A stretch of 64,000 nt of DNA from contig OX597820.1 in assembly GCA_951406725.2 (NCBI GenBank), forward strand, positions 55,800,001-55,864,000, read 5' to 3'. Of this stretch, positions 25,195 to 39,476 are shown one piece after another. The notes under the pieces are model-generated. The model was not told where the DNA came from. It made no database searches and saw only the letters and a list, made by a program, of their open reading frames with translations. The translations under genes were made by a program, and so were the position numbers. Numbering within the stretch: position 1 is the stretch's first letter; every line of letters starts with the position of its first letter. This DNA comes from Octopus vulgaris (Eukaryota).

Positions 25195-25414
25195 CCCTTT
25201 TGTTACTAACCCGGCTGAAACCGGCTCTGGCTCTGAGTACAAATGTCTTGTTTTCATAAGTTTTGAATTAAAATCTTCCACCAAACCTTAGTCACAATTT
25301 ATGTTCCTAACACTAGCTGAATGATAGCTAAGTTATTTTACTAAATTCTTTGTTATATTTAAAGTAATTGAAAGAAACACTGTGCATCTCAAAATAAATA
25401 CAGTAATGAAAGGG
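25195..25414. mobile_element. piggyBac-like MITE, second copy in opposite orientation
   Basis: Reverse complement of 5006-5225, same length, TTAA flanks. Confidence 0.85.
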
Positions 25415-28400
25415 TTAAGGCCAACAGACTACTAAAAGACTTGATGTGATCCACTGGTTCAGATATATTACACATTTGCTGAGCTGAAAGCCATACTGCA
25501 CAACCCAATTATGCAGTACTTAATCATATAGGATGTAGTGCTATTATGAGTACACTGAATTTACTTCACAAATTTATTTCTATGTCTGTGTGGTTTAGAA
25601 GTTTGCTTCCCAACCACATGGTTTCAGGTTCAATCTCACAGCTTGGCACCTTGCGCATGGGCTTTCTACCATAACCAGGGATTGACGACGGCCTTGTGAG
25701 TAGATATATGTGTGTGTGTGTGTCTCTCCTTGTCTTGACAGTCTGATTGTCATGTCATTCAGTTCCAATATACTGCAAAAACACGTCTAGGCATGGGAAA
25801 AGATTATTTTGCTTGAAAGCAGGTAGGAGTTGGTAACAAAAAGGGCATACAGTTATAGTAAATCTGCCTCAATAAACTCCATCTGACCCATGCAAGCTTG
25901 GAAAAATGGATGCTAAAACAATGTAGATTATTCTGGTAGTATCAAAAAGATAGGACACCTTACATGTGCAGGTAGGCTTTCATTTGTTTTTCTGTTGGCC
26001 AGAAATAAACAATGGCTTGTGTAGCCACATAGCAGGATGAAAATTTGAACTCCCATAAAGGATTTGAATTTTAAACTTAAGTATCATATGAATCATGTAT
26101 AAACATTAACATTTTAGCATTCAAACCAGCCATATCCAGCCTGTTTTTTGTTGAAACTGGCCAGATCCAGCATCTCACTTCAACCCTATAATGTCATTGT
26201 AAAACTAAACAATTACATCATTGAAATCTCTAAATAAGATAAATTCATGATTAACTCAAAACAATATAAATAAACATTACACTTGGCAGAATAACTTGGA
26301 TACTAAATGGTTAAAATATGCAATACTGTTGTGCAGGAAAGTGTAAAGAATATGTTAAATGTCTATTTAAATCTATACCAAAGTTTCATGTAGCTATGAG
26401 GGAGGATACTGTGAAACATTCATTGAGGATCACTGTCATCCACTCGACTTGCAACAAACCAGAGTAAAGGCTTAGTAAAATAGGTACACATATACGTGTA
26501 CAAAGAAACAAAGCCCATGTGTGCAAACCAAAGAGAATTATACTCAATACATAAATGGAAAATAGACAGTAAACTACTGACAGCTTTCCCATTATATATT
26601 TGTCAAAGTGAGCCAAGAACTGACTTAGTAAACAGACTTGACTCAATATACATTTTCTTTCAATGAAGGTAAAAGCCAGTTAATTGTGAGTTGGGACTGA
26701 AATTTTCTACTTTGGGTCAGATAAGTTAAATCATCTTAGCAAACTAATTTTGTCACAACTTTCTCAAGTTTACTAGTCCCTGTTTAAGCAATTCTTCTGA
26801 CAGTGTTGGAGGAAAAAAAGCTGTGATTTAAACTGACATGAACACAACAATATTTAAAGCGTTAATGATAAGATGTCTTTTGAAACCATCAAAATTTTGC
26901 ACACATCTCGCTTTTATTTACTATAAAATATATGTATAGTGACCTACAAGCTTCAGGGAAGGGGAGAAGAGTTCTTACATGTTGTCTAGTGTACAGATGT
27001 TAAGGGCTGGTAGGTTAAATATGAGGGAAATTTTTTTTAAAAAAAGTATTTAGCCAGTTTTTGGCTAATTCTATGAAAATTATCTAAAACAGTTCCGGAG
27101 TTTAAGAGTGACTGAACCATTTATAGAGATACAGCAAAATTTAAGATGAGAAAGAGAGTTAACCAAATAAAAAAATAAAACTTAAATGTAAATTTTCACA
27201 AAACACATTTTTCTCTTTTTTTATTTAAAAGTAAACAAATATTAAAAAAAAAAAGAATTTTTTTTTGTTTATGTAGTTTTTTTTTTCTTTAATGTATTTT
27301 ATATAAATATGAAGAAATTTGACTAAGAAAGGAGAAAAGAATGAGAAATATATAATAAACAAGACAAAAAAATTATTACAAATGAAATTAAAATAATAGA
27401 AAACAAGAACCAAAGTGAACATGTTAAGAAATATGTTAAAAAAAGTTAAGATGATATAGTGCTTTTGTTATATTTTTTTTCTTTCTTTTTAATAGACTCT
27501 TCTCCCATATTTTTTACATGGTCAAATAGAATACTGATGTAAAATAAAGTGACTAAAATTAATTGTAATATACAGTTAACTGAAAGGACTGCAGACTGCC
27601 AAAAAACACGATTTAAACAAGGATTTTAAAGAGAAGAATATACCAGGTGATCTGAAACTGCTGTTTAGATGCACTGAGAGAAGCATTCAAAAACAGAATG
27701 TAGGGAAAGAGAGAAAAAAAAAATCAAAAATATATGCTGTGTGAGTAGATTAGCCAATCAGAGGGAGGGAGACAGTATATAAATCCAGTCCAATTTGTAA
27801 AGAGTCTCGTGTTTCTCATTAAACCATATACATTACAAAGAGTGAAATTGTCATCAGCAGTGAAATCAACTGTAGAAGGGGGAATGGAGTAGGTGGAATC
27901 TGAAATACTTGAAAGATGCACAAATTCAAAGACTTACATGAAATATAAAAGAAAGAAACAAAGGTATCATTAAGGTTAATTTTATAGTCTGTGTAGTTTT
28001 CAAAGTTCAATTTATCCTATCTACAATAGCTGGAATTGGTACATGAAAGTAATGGAAATAATCTCAGATTTGTCAAATCATGCTCAAGCAAAAGCATTCT
28101 TGTTTTGCTGGAGAAGAAACAGCCTGTTCTTCCAGTAACTTCTTTAATCACAAACTAAATCTTCCATAACACCCTAACTTTACATTTTTAAATGTGTTGG
28201 TAGGTAAAAATAGAACTCCTTGATTACCCACAAAAAGAGACAGACAGACAGACAGTAAGTGAAAAGGTATGATGCTAAATTTCATGATGAAAACTACAAA
28301 TTTATTAGAGGTTTCTTTTCACCATATCTTTTCAAACAAATAAAAACAACAGTAGTAATTATGATGTTGATGAGTTCTTTTGGCACAAGGCCAGTATTTT

Positions 28401-28944
28401 TGACATGGTGAGGGCACAGTTAGCTGAATCAAAATAAGATTATTACTGATAGCTATCAGCCCCAGTGGGGATGAATAGTGCAGTTAAGCAAGATAGAATC
28501 TGAACTCTGAACCAAGAGATGAAACTAAATACTTCAATGTATCCAGTTCGGTACTACTATCTCAGACATCTAACATTGCCCTTATGTTTGCATCAGCACA
28601 AAGCCTTAGATTTTATAAAGAAGACAAAAATGAGAATTTGTTATGTTTATGCCCGTCTCAAGAGCATAAGTCAAATGATTACAAGCAGGTAAGAAAACTA
28701 GTTTACAGACTCAGCTTACTCTTGCTCTTGACAACACTTGTAAGAGTAGTGGCAACAATAAAAGACCAAGAAAAAAATACAACCCAAAAATGGAAACAAG
28801 CAAAAACAAAAAAACAAAAAAAAACCTCTGGGAAAGAACAAATATTAGATAAATGATGAAGGTATTAAGTCTCTTCATTCAGGAAGTATGTCCACACACA
28901 TACACACACATCTATACACACAGATACAAACTCACATAACTATT

Positions 28945-28983
<39 letters not shown>

Positions 28984-29238
28984 TGTAAGATACATGTTCT
29001 TTCAGGTTTTGAGAGTATTAGTTTTCATAATGAGTAACCAAAATGAACAAAAACAAGAGTAGGTGAATATATGGGTGTGCATGTACCTACAATTAAAAAT
29101 GGGGAAAAAAATAAAGAAACAAAAAGAAAAAACAACCAGAATCTTCAATTAATGATTAAATAGGCAATTGATTAAAAAAAATTCTAATGTCTACTTGTTT
29201 AAATACAACATGCTTTCCATTTTTGCTGGTTCTTGCTT

Positions 29239-29270
<32 letters not shown>

Positions 29271-29322
29271 AAGGGAAAAAAAAAACAAAAAAAACTAGGA
29301 ATTCCCCCTCTATTGTGTGTAT

Positions 29323-29407
29323 TCATTTTTCTTCATCACTATCAGATCTGCCGGGATTAGATGTGCGACTTGACAGTGCAGCATGTGATCTGTCTGGAGA
29401 TGGAGAT
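29323..29407 (-). CDS. SR protein last coding exon (SPSPDRSHAALSSRTSNPGRSDSDEEK*)
   Basis: tttctattttcag| acceptor; in frame; TGA at 29325-29323. Confidence 0.88.
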
Positions 29408-29829
29408 CTGAAAATAGAAAACAGGTAAACTGTAGTAAAAATTATGATAATGATAACTAGTAGCAGCACCTAATTAATTGTGCACACATTTATAGAAGGT
29501 ATCAGAAAAACTTACAACATAACCTATACAATTTTTGCTTTGAAAAGATGTGCCTCTGTTCAAAACCCCAGGTACCTTACCTAAGTGCAAAACTGTGAAC
29601 CTCAACTCAAAACATAGGGCCTTACATACATTCACTATAAAAATGAAAGTATGCATGCATGTGAGTGTGTGTGTGTGTACAAGAATTGGCACCAAGTGTA
29701 GCTCAAGTGGAAAATATATACACACGATTATGTGTGCATACATATACATAGGTATATAATGTATGACCCTCTCTCTCTTTCGGAGAGGCACAAGCACCTA
29801 CACGCACATATACACACACAGCAGTAACT

Positions 29830-29970
29830 TACGCCTGCCGAATTCAATCACAAAGTTTCGGTCGGCTCGGGGCTATAGCAGAAGACGCCTGCCCAAAGTG
29901 CCACGCAGTGGGACTGAACCCGAAACCATATAGCTAGGAAGCAAGCTCCCTAACCACACAGCCATGCCCA
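29830..29970 (-). mobile_element. SINE head, dominant family
   Basis: Reverse complement of the tRNA-like head. Confidence 0.75.
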
Positions 29971-30572
29971 CTTCATGGAAGAAATGACTAAAGAGTGGGA
30001 CATTTGACAATGTGGGGTTCTCTGTGAGACCAACTTGTGGAAACACTGTGGGCATGTAAATGCACTGATGGGCACAAGTCATCAATTTCTGCCGATGTCC
30101 CTCCCTCACTCATTATCTCTCTCACTGCAAACCCAACATTCAGACAATTCTATTTTTCTTGCTACCAAGAACCAGTTGACTTGTTAGCTATTCTTCAGCT
30201 TTTCCTTTTCTTCTTCCTCACCCCCACTGAACCATCAAATTATCTCCCCTCATGTACTATGCTTTGCTCTCTCTCTCTCTCTCCCCACATGGAGGTGTTG
30301 GAGATGAGTACCAACACTTCCATGTGGTACACCTGAACAATTAAGATATCTTCATTTGAAACTATTGGTTGCCTTGTTAACCTACAAATGAGGTGTGTGT
30401 GTATGCATGGCTTGTTTTATGGGATGGTGTGATAGTTGCAAAGAAGCATCAATGTCATTTAAGTAGTATCCTTTGTTTTGATTCATCCATATTAACATCT
30501 CTAGCTGTAAAAAGAAATCTGCTTTGATGCATTGCATCTACATGCAAACATGGAAAAGTGGACATTAATATG

Positions 30573-30604
<32 letters not shown>

Positions 30605-30607
30605 ATA

Positions 30608-31187
30608 TCATCATCCTCATTGTTTAACATCCGTTTTCCATGCTAGCATGGGTTGGGCAGTTCAACCGGGGTCTGGGAAGCCAAGAGGCTGCACCAGGCT
30701 CCAGTCTGATCTGGCAGTGTTTCTACAGCTGGATGCCCTTCCTAACGCTAACCACTCCAAGAGTGTAGTGGGTGCTTTTTACATACCACCGGCACAGGTG
30801 CCAGGGGAGGCTGGCAACGGCCACAATCGGTTGGTGCATTTTATGTGCCACCGGCACGGAAGCCAGTCAAGGCGGCACTGGCACCGGCCACGTTTGGATG
30901 GTGCTTTTTATGTGCCACCAGCACACGTATCACAACTACAATTTCCATTTGATTTTTTGATGTTGATGTACTTGACTCAATAGGTCTCCCCAAGCACAGC
31001 AGGTTGCCCTACGATCCAAGATAAGCACAGCAGGCCATCCTGCGATCCAAGGTACTTTGGATGGGCTGGGGCTTCTATGTGAGGCTGGTGCAGGAAACAA
31101 CCATGAGCTCAAGTTATTTGTCGGGTCTTCGCAGTCACAGCATATCTCCAGAGGTCTCGGTCTTTCGTCACTGCCTCTGTGAGGCCA
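30608..31187 (-). mobile_element. RTE-LINE 3' end (..DRDLWRYAV..) plus tail
   Basis: Reverse-strand copy of the (GAT)n-tailed family carrying the ORF end. Confidence 0.85.
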
Positions 31188-31488
31188 CACCCACATTTCC
31201 CCTGGCTAACAACAGGTTCCAGTTCTAGTAAACACTCACACACACGCAGTTTGTAAGTGTATATGCATATTAGCATATGCTTGTATATCTCTAAACACAT
31301 GAGAATATTGTGTTTACATATAATATGCATATATCTGTTTCTTTAGATTGTATATAGACGATGCATGTATACAAGTAGTGGCAGAGAGCTAGTCATCACT
31401 CACTAATTTTGATATTACTCTGACTTTTAGCACAGTACTAAAACTACGGAAGGCTTAAAAATAGGAGGAGTATTAAAAACCAACTAAC

Positions 31489-31938
31489 CTGTCCACTTTC
31501 ATTTTACGAGACTTTCTCATGGGATGGTCACTGATTTCACCAGTTTCCAAGTCAGAACCATCATAACTAGGGGAACGCGACCGGCTATTTTTCATAGTCA
31601 ACTTCTCTTTCCTCAGTCCAGACTGCTCACTGGTATCAGATTGACCACCATCATGATTGTCCAGATCATGACTAGCATCGTGTCTAGAACGAGATGAATA
31701 CTTGCTTCGTTGATCATCTGGTGAAACTGACCGGTTCCGTGGTGAACGCTGTCGGCTGGACTCCTCAATGTCATCCAGAACACGAAATAATCTCGGGCGC
31801 AAGGGCGGGCTCTGAGAGCGGCTGTTTGACCTACTGCGATAGTGCTCATCTTTCTTGTGTCGCTGGGGAATATCCAGGGAACTATGTCCTCCTCTTGATC
31901 TTGAGAGCTTTTCAGGACTTCGCGAACGACTGTAAGAC
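31489..31938 (-). CDS. SR protein long RS/acidic exon (SYSRSRSPEKLSRSR...SDLETGEISDHPMRKSRKMKVD)
   Basis: attcag| and |gttagt; 450 nt open in frame, phase 2-2; overlaps ORF 31473..31802. Confidence 0.9.
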
Positions 31939-32732
31939 CTGAATATAGATTAAAAAACAAACTTTTCAACTTACGCACACAATGCATATACAAACAGACT
32001 ATCCCAAAATATAAGATGGATTGAAGAGAAATTCTTTTTATCAACCTCCTTCGTGAGAACCACTTATAGATCATGAATTTCCAGCTTTATTAGCTGGTCA
32101 ATGAGTTTTGCCACTGAGCAGGCTTGTTAAAGACATTTCGCTTATATTTAACAGTGATAGAATTATGAGTTGGAAGGGATACAGTTCTAACAAAAATACT
32201 TTCCTCCAACAATATACTGATGTCTCCATCACACTTATGTTAATCAATGGTAGTCTCTTAATCCAAGAATTCTACAATTTTTTCCTGAACAGCCTGCACT
32301 GATGATTTGCTTATATGGATAAAATGTTTGTACTGTACATGAGCGCATCCCCTCCATCAAACTGACATTGCTTATGCAGATGCATGGTTTGCCACATGTG
32401 ACCATAGAGAAATGTAAAACGAAGTGTTTTGCTCAAGAGTACAATGCACTGCTCAGTCCCGGGAATTGAACCCATGATCTAGTGGTCATGAGTGCATTAA
32501 CCACTAGGTCACTGTTCTCACATTAGCATGAAAATATAATTATGAAACTGAGAGAGAGAGAAAGAGAGAATGGAGAAATCATCTATAAGTGTAAATAACC
32601 AAAGCACATGCTCATTGAATTGCCCTTTTACTTTCTACCATGCCACTTATGAAAAAGGGGAGATAGAAGAAGTGACATGTATTTCATCAGTGAAAGCCCA
32701 CAGAATAAATTCAATACAAAAACCAATGATCT

Positions 32733-32940
32733 TCCTTGCCACTGTAACTGCGGAAAATAGTCTCCTCCTCTGGAAGCCATCTACTCGCAATGCCAGAGGG
32801 CGCACACTCTCCTACCCTGATGTAATCTCCAGGGATACAGGCATCCAGCAACAAGACCTCCGTAATGCCATGATGGACCGTGAAGTCTGACATAGCATGT
32901 AAATTCCATTGTCTCGACCACAGTCGAACAATGATGATGA
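32733..32940 (+). mobile_element. LINE (RTE-like) 3' fragment
   Basis: 'LLLWKPS....RGRTLSYPDVISRDTG.....LRNAMMDREV' followed by a gatgatga tail. Confidence 0.7.
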
Positions 32941-33259
32941 AATAGTTTATAAATTGACTAGTTCAGATGGAAAAGGAAAAAAAAAAAAAAAAAACCTGCC
33001 AAGTTTATAAGCGTCCAACTATTACTAATAGTTTTATCTATAGTGCTACCAATATAATAAACAAACCAAAATGGATCCTTTTAGATAAAAAGATTCTACA
33101 TGCCAAGACGAAAATACAAAGTGATTCAGAACAGTGAGGTTGTTGAAGAGGATTTTCTTTAATATATCTCACCAGTTTAATCAACTAGTAAATAGAATAG
33201 AGTAAAAATCACACTGTCTAATTCATAGAAACACAGACTTATGTATATTGTTTGCTTAC

Positions 33260-33307
33260 CTGAAACGTGACCTGGAACGAGATCTTGAGTAAGGGCTCCT
33301 CCTGGAC
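33260..33307 (-). CDS. SR protein RS-domain exon (SRRSPYSRSRSRSRF)
   Basis: ttttctag| and |gtaagc; 48 nt, phase 2-2. Confidence 0.9.
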
Positions 33308-33593
33308 CTAGAAAAAGAAAGGGAGGTAATAAACTAAAATTGCCTCTTTTTCAATGAAATGACCACATATGGCAGCAGTAATTTACCAATACATGTCAAC
33401 GCCTTCTGCTAAAAAGACCAGAAATACTAATCAATGATGAATAATTTGGTTATTTTCTTCTTCCCTAACCTCAATTTTTAACCTGAAATGTACTCTAGTA
33501 CGCATTATATAGCTACCGCTAATATTCATTTTTGGGTTATTTTCAACTCTTGACTGAAACCAGCCACAAGACAAATTATTGACACCAACCTAC

Positions 33594-33650
33594 CTTGAGT
33601 AGCTTCTGTCACGGGATCTAGACCTGGAATAGCGAGAATCAGAACCGGAT
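33594..33650 (-). CDS. SR protein RS-domain exon (SGSDSRYSRSRSRDRSYS)
   Basis: ttcag| and |gtaggt; 57 nt, phase 2-2; RS dipeptides. Confidence 0.9.
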
Positions 33651-35781
33651 CTGAAGTAAATAGAATATAAAAAATTGCATTGGTTTTTTTTCTTTTCTTT
33701 CATCTTCTTTTTGCATTGTTTCATTTTTTTTTTATACACTAGGTGGAAAAAAGACTTTCATTGCATAGAAATAGAGAAGAAGGATTAAAAGTAGATGGAG
33801 GGGATATTAAGTTAGCAACATAAAAAAAAAACAACATGCACACTTTACACTTTAAATGTATATTTTTAAGATTGGATGTAAATATTACATAGCTAAAAAT
33901 TGGAAAGGAAATTCAAATTTCAGAATTTGAATACATTAGCAAAAAATATATAGTAGCGATTTCTTTTGGCTGGGTATAAGGCCATTTTATTCTAGAGGAG
34001 AGTAGTTAATTGAACTCACATCATAGCATTTATTTTATTGACTCCTCAGCAACAACAAAATTGACCATCATGACAAGAGTGGAACTCAGAAAATAGAGGA
34101 ATAAAACTAGATACTAGAAGCATCTGCTATGAGACAAGTATTTCTGTAAACACAGTGCCATTTAATTAAATAAAACAAGAAAAAACTTAGTAGAAAGATA
34201 AACAGTAAAAAAACAGAAAAGATAACCTTTGAAAAATCAATTCAAAGTCAGTAGATGAAAAGATTTCAAACCTTAGCCAAATTTTTCCTTATACAAACTG
34301 CACAAGATACCTAACTGAAATACGAACATTGTTGAAGATTTTCTTTCTTTAATACAAAAAGAGCAAGAGAAATGGTATCTGGACAATGCAATAGAGGATA
34401 AAAAACAAATGGTAAGGGGAGACAAACACTGATTATCGAAAAAGAGTAAACATTCTACTAGTTAAGTGTGCACAAGACAAACATTTCCTTGTAGTAATAA
34501 CAACAATGAATCATTTTAAAAGAAATGAAGGCTAAAATCTCCACTAATAACCCAACATCAGCTGATTTAACACAGGAAATAATTTTAACTCACTGACTTA
34601 GCAAGTATTTCGACAAAAATGGAGGGGAGGATCAAAGTGTAAAATAGCCTCTCTCCTCATGTTTTTGAAAAAATTCAAGTAGTTTTAAATAGAAATGAGT
34701 GAAATATGTTTGAGAATGTCTAAGCACTGACTAGTGGTTTTTAAACAGTGTGCAATAAGGGCAGGTATCTAAGTGCATTGTGGATTTTACAAACAATAGA
34801 TTAACTTATTTGAAAAAAGTATTATTCAATAATTTTATTCTGCACAACTATTATTAACAGCAGCAGATAAGCCAGTTTCACACTTTTTTTTCTCTATCTC
34901 TCTAAATTTCATATAGCGCTGAGCTTGGTCTTATTGTGTGGCACTTTGAGTAGCTTTGACAAGAGCTTCATTTAACCAACACTTTTTGAATAGAATTTGG
35001 TAGGCAGAACTATGGTGAAACCCTGTCATAAATATGTATATCTTTTGCTGATGAATATCACCTCCACCCCACCCAACCCCAAAAAACTGTTTCTTAAATG
35101 ATGCCCTTTGCACTGAGTTGTAGACACTCATTTGCCACTCACTGTTTAAAGATGCAGTGAGCCAATGGAAGCCTACAATCAATGATGTTATGGTTCATAA
35201 ATTATGCACTAAATCCAACAGTTCAGAAATCTGAAACATTACTGTTATAATTATTGAATGTTGATAAACAAAACTCCAGGCTCAAGAGTTGTATTGTATG
35301 CTTTATATTAGTAGAGTAGCAGCAAAAATGTATACGAAGTATATTACCAAAACATCCATGACAACTGACAGATAATTCACTTTGCTCTTATTTTGAATTA
35401 AAATGCAAAACAATAACATCCTTCTTTCTGTTGTTGGAAAATAAAATGCTATAGAGAATTCAATTAACTATACACCAACTCTTACTACCAAACTGGGCTT
35501 GTTACTCATCAAAATATAATTATTACCATTAGTACTTTAATTGTTGTTGTTATTGTTATTATTATCATTATTATATGAAAAATAAATTACATAAAAGACT
35601 AAATGCCGAAGTTGTCAAGGTGAAAAGAAGAGGAATTAAGTAAAAACGAACCAAATAGACTTCTGTGTAATAAAAGTCTCCACTGAAGGAAACCAAGCAA
35701 CAAGGAACCAACTTAAATACTCCAGCAAGGCACCTCACTTAGCTTACACAAAAAATCCATTAATAACTATATGAAAAATGT

Positions 35782-35819
<38 letters not shown>

Positions 35820-36494
35820 AGTATATACACAATCCTTATGCCATAATGCTATCTACTGAATAAGTGCAAATGTCCAAAAGAAAGAATTGTTGACCTAGCA
35901 ACAGAAAACTAAGAGAAAAAGAATTTTTAAAAATTCAAGCCGTACTGAGAGTATCCCAGTTTGAGAAATGATATACCACATCCCTACATGTTGTAAGGGG
36001 TGACTAAAAGGGCTGGTAACAGGAAGTGGTTATGGTGTAAAAACCACAGCCTTATAGAAACCATCCCAAACCGTGTCAGAATGGAAAAATGGGATGATGA
36101 TGCTAAGTTATCAGATCTGTTATCATTACCAATTATTAAAGGAATATTTCTTGACAGAACACTGCTGCCAGCACACACTGCAAAGGCTGTGGGTGGTGGC
36201 AATGGTGGTCATGGGGCACAGGTTTAACAATATACATCCCAGAACATACTACTAGGCAACAGAAACGTCATAATATCACCATCAGCATGCAATGAATGAA
36301 ATAGTTTAGCAACTGTAAAAAGACAGTTATCATTAATGCCAAACCAAAATTGCACAGAACATGAGAAGCATGCAGAAATCTGGGAGCCACATAGGTTTAA
36401 TTTTAATTTTCAAAAAATAAATTGTTTTGGTTATATATTACCAGTGTTCAAAACAGAAAATTAATGGAATTTGAGAATAGCAAAATATTTTTTA

Positions 36495-36535
<41 letters not shown>

Positions 36536-36690
36536 CATATATATATATACACGTATATATATATTCCTGTGAAACAATTTGCTTTTTAAATGATCAAACT
36601 TATCTGAGCCAGACTGTATGGCAAGACTTGGGGAGCTTGTGTGCAGAGGATGCAGTCTATCAAATGGTCTCAGTCTAATTCATAGCTCAC

Positions 36691-36717
36691 CTTACAGCAG
36701 TATTGGTGTGATCTTCC
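36691..36717 (-). other. Candidate 27-nt in-frame microexon of the SR gene (EDHTNTAV)
   Basis: ttcatctattccag|GGAAGATCACACCAATACTGCTGTAAG|gtgagc; phase 2-2 and no stop. Confidence 0.55.
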
Positions 36718-38997
36718 CTGGAATAGATGAAGTAGCAGTGCATAGAATACTAATATGAACAGCGAAGGAGGAGTCATTAGCAAAAGAAGGGTGTGGAACT
36801 ACATTATATAAATGTATATGGAGAAAGATAGCGATAACTGAACTGGAAATCTTTCCGTGTATGTCACAACTATTATAATTACTACAAATGTTACTATAAG
36901 AAGTTGCAAAGAATTGCCAAGACAGTTTTAGGACAGAATTTTTAATGAAAGAAAGAAGAAAATGTTTAATCTTCAAACCAACAAAAATATATATACGATC
37001 CTGAATGAACTAACTAGACCATCTCAATTTATCTAATGCAAAATTGAAGGATTTTTCAATGAAAAATGAGAAACTTTCTAATATAAAGTACTAAAAACCT
37101 AAAAGAACTTAAGTTTTAAACAGCCCACATCCCAACTAAATTTCCCTAAAAACATTTTGCTTTTAAGAACAACCTAGCAAAGGTAAAAGGGGTTTCAATT
37201 ATCTGAAAATAAATTATTCTCAGTGAATAGAAAGAGCAAGCTCATTTCATTTGAATTTTTCATAGAAAATAACCAGCATTCAATTCTATCTTGTATAATA
37301 TAAGCAATGAAGTTGAAAGAAAATATAATTTAAAGATCATGTTTCCCTAATTCTCTTGGCATTGATGTGATAAAATTTGAAACCCTAACAAACCTCAAAT
37401 AGCAGACATCTGAGAATTGGTTTCTTAAGTGTGATTGCATGCTGAGAAGTCTAAATTAGAACATCACAATGCAGGAGAATCTACCACATGAGCAAGTTAT
37501 AGATGATGGGACTGACAATTGCTCATTAATATGGGGGAAGATGTCATGTGCAATTGCTTATATACATACTCCTACCATATGCAGAATTTAGGGAAATCAA
37601 ATGGGTTAACAGTTAATTATTGCAGTCAACAATAGAAAATCAAATACCACTGAATTAACAAGGAAATTGTACAGAACACAAAAGAAAATTACACAAAACA
37701 TAAAAGAGACAATTGAACAAAACGATTTATTCTTTTATCACAAGTAGAAAAAACAAAAATAAATGGAAAATAAGAGAGCTAAAATGTCAATGAACTATAC
37801 AGCAGTAAATATCTGTTGGTCTATGTTCCAAGTAAATTTAAAACAAAATCTCACTCAACTACATTTTTTAAAACAAGATAATATTGCTATTATTTCATGA
37901 TACTCGGGAAATCAGCTTGGGTGAAAATATATTTACCAACAACCAATTAAGAACACCTTTTAAAAAGAAATCAGGAAGGCAAATCATTTGATGATTTGAA
38001 ACATAAAAAACACAAATTGGATCAAACCACCAATTCTAAATGGTACAAAATAAATAATAATAAATAAAGGTAATGACTACTATAAGCACAAGGCTGAAAA
38101 TCCGATGGAGGGGGCAACTGATACAATTAACTCCAATACTTGATTGGTACTATATTTTATTGACCCCAGAGGAACGGAAGGTAAAATTGACTTCAGTGGA
38201 ATTTAAACCCTGAATATAAAAACAAATACTGCAAGGCATATTCTGCTGAATAATAATTTCTTACATGGGCTCAGGGCTAGAAATTTGGGGGTGGTGTTGG
38301 GGTAGATTAGTTAATTACTGGCTAGTGCTATATTTTACCAACTCTGAAAGGATGGAAGACAAAGTTGACCTCTGTGGTTTGAACTCGGAATATACAGAGT
38401 CAGAACAAATACCACAAGGCATTTTGTTTGATGCTCTAACAATTGTGTCATTTCGCCACCCAAATAATAATGATAACAATAATAATAACAACAACAACAA
38501 GTGTGCATGAAAAAACATTCTGGAAAAGTTCACAGGTTTTTTTTTTATTTTTATTTCTACGGATTAAAGCAATTTTAAGAAAGAAAAGGAAAGAATCATA
38601 TATGTACATAACATTGAATCATTTTGATACTTACCTACAGGTAATGAAATATTCTAGACAACAGAAACAGTATGGGGATATGCAAAAGTCTTACCAGTAA
38701 CAAAAAAAAAAGTTTAAAAAAAGACAAATTAAGAGGTTTTTAATGGTAGTGAGGAGGTATAGGGGTGGATTTAATGATATTGCTTTCCTTAGCCCAAATT
38801 ATAGGTAGACTTATCGCAAAGCTGTCCAACCAGGCCCAAAACAACTAATGGGGGTTAAAACATCCTTACATTGCAACATAAGATTGAATGCACAGAATTA
38901 CTTCTAATGACCATGTCAGTTTAGATAAATAGTTCCATGTTTTGTTTGGATTGATCTTAGTAAAGATTCAAGATTATGTGTAGAGTCTAAAGACGTG

Positions 38998-39029
<32 letters not shown>

Positions 39030-39077
39030 CACACACACACGTTAGTATACATACATACACATATATGTGTGTGTGTA

Positions 39078-39110
<33 letters not shown>

Positions 39111-39443
39111 GCACATACTGGCAGTATGTGAACATATGCATCAGTCACAGACATAAAGAAAGTGAGGGATATGATTGTGTGAAAAAGCTTTCCTCCTACA
39201 AAAAGAAATGTTATATATGATATGGCAGTCAGCTTAAATTAATAATTAATTGAAAGAATTAATTATGAGTTAAAATTAATACAAAAAAGATTATAGAGAA
39301 AATGAAAGAGAAGATATGGGTGGAGGGAAAGTTATTAGGGGTTTGGAGTAGGTGCCAGGTGAAGAGGTTGAAATTCGAACAAAAACAATCGAGACTGGTA
39401 ATGAACAGAAATAACGGAGAGTATGTATGTGTGTATGTAAGTG

Positions 39444-39476
<33 letters not shown>

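Noticed and set aside
31613-32074. 153-aa ORF on - and antisense ORF 31694..31942
   Set aside because: Alternative frames overlapping the true RS exon.
35984-36255. Additional exon or ORF in a less AT-rich block of the SR intron
   Set aside because: Several possible acceptors but no convincing donor or sensible peptide; may be a regulatory intronic element but unsupported.
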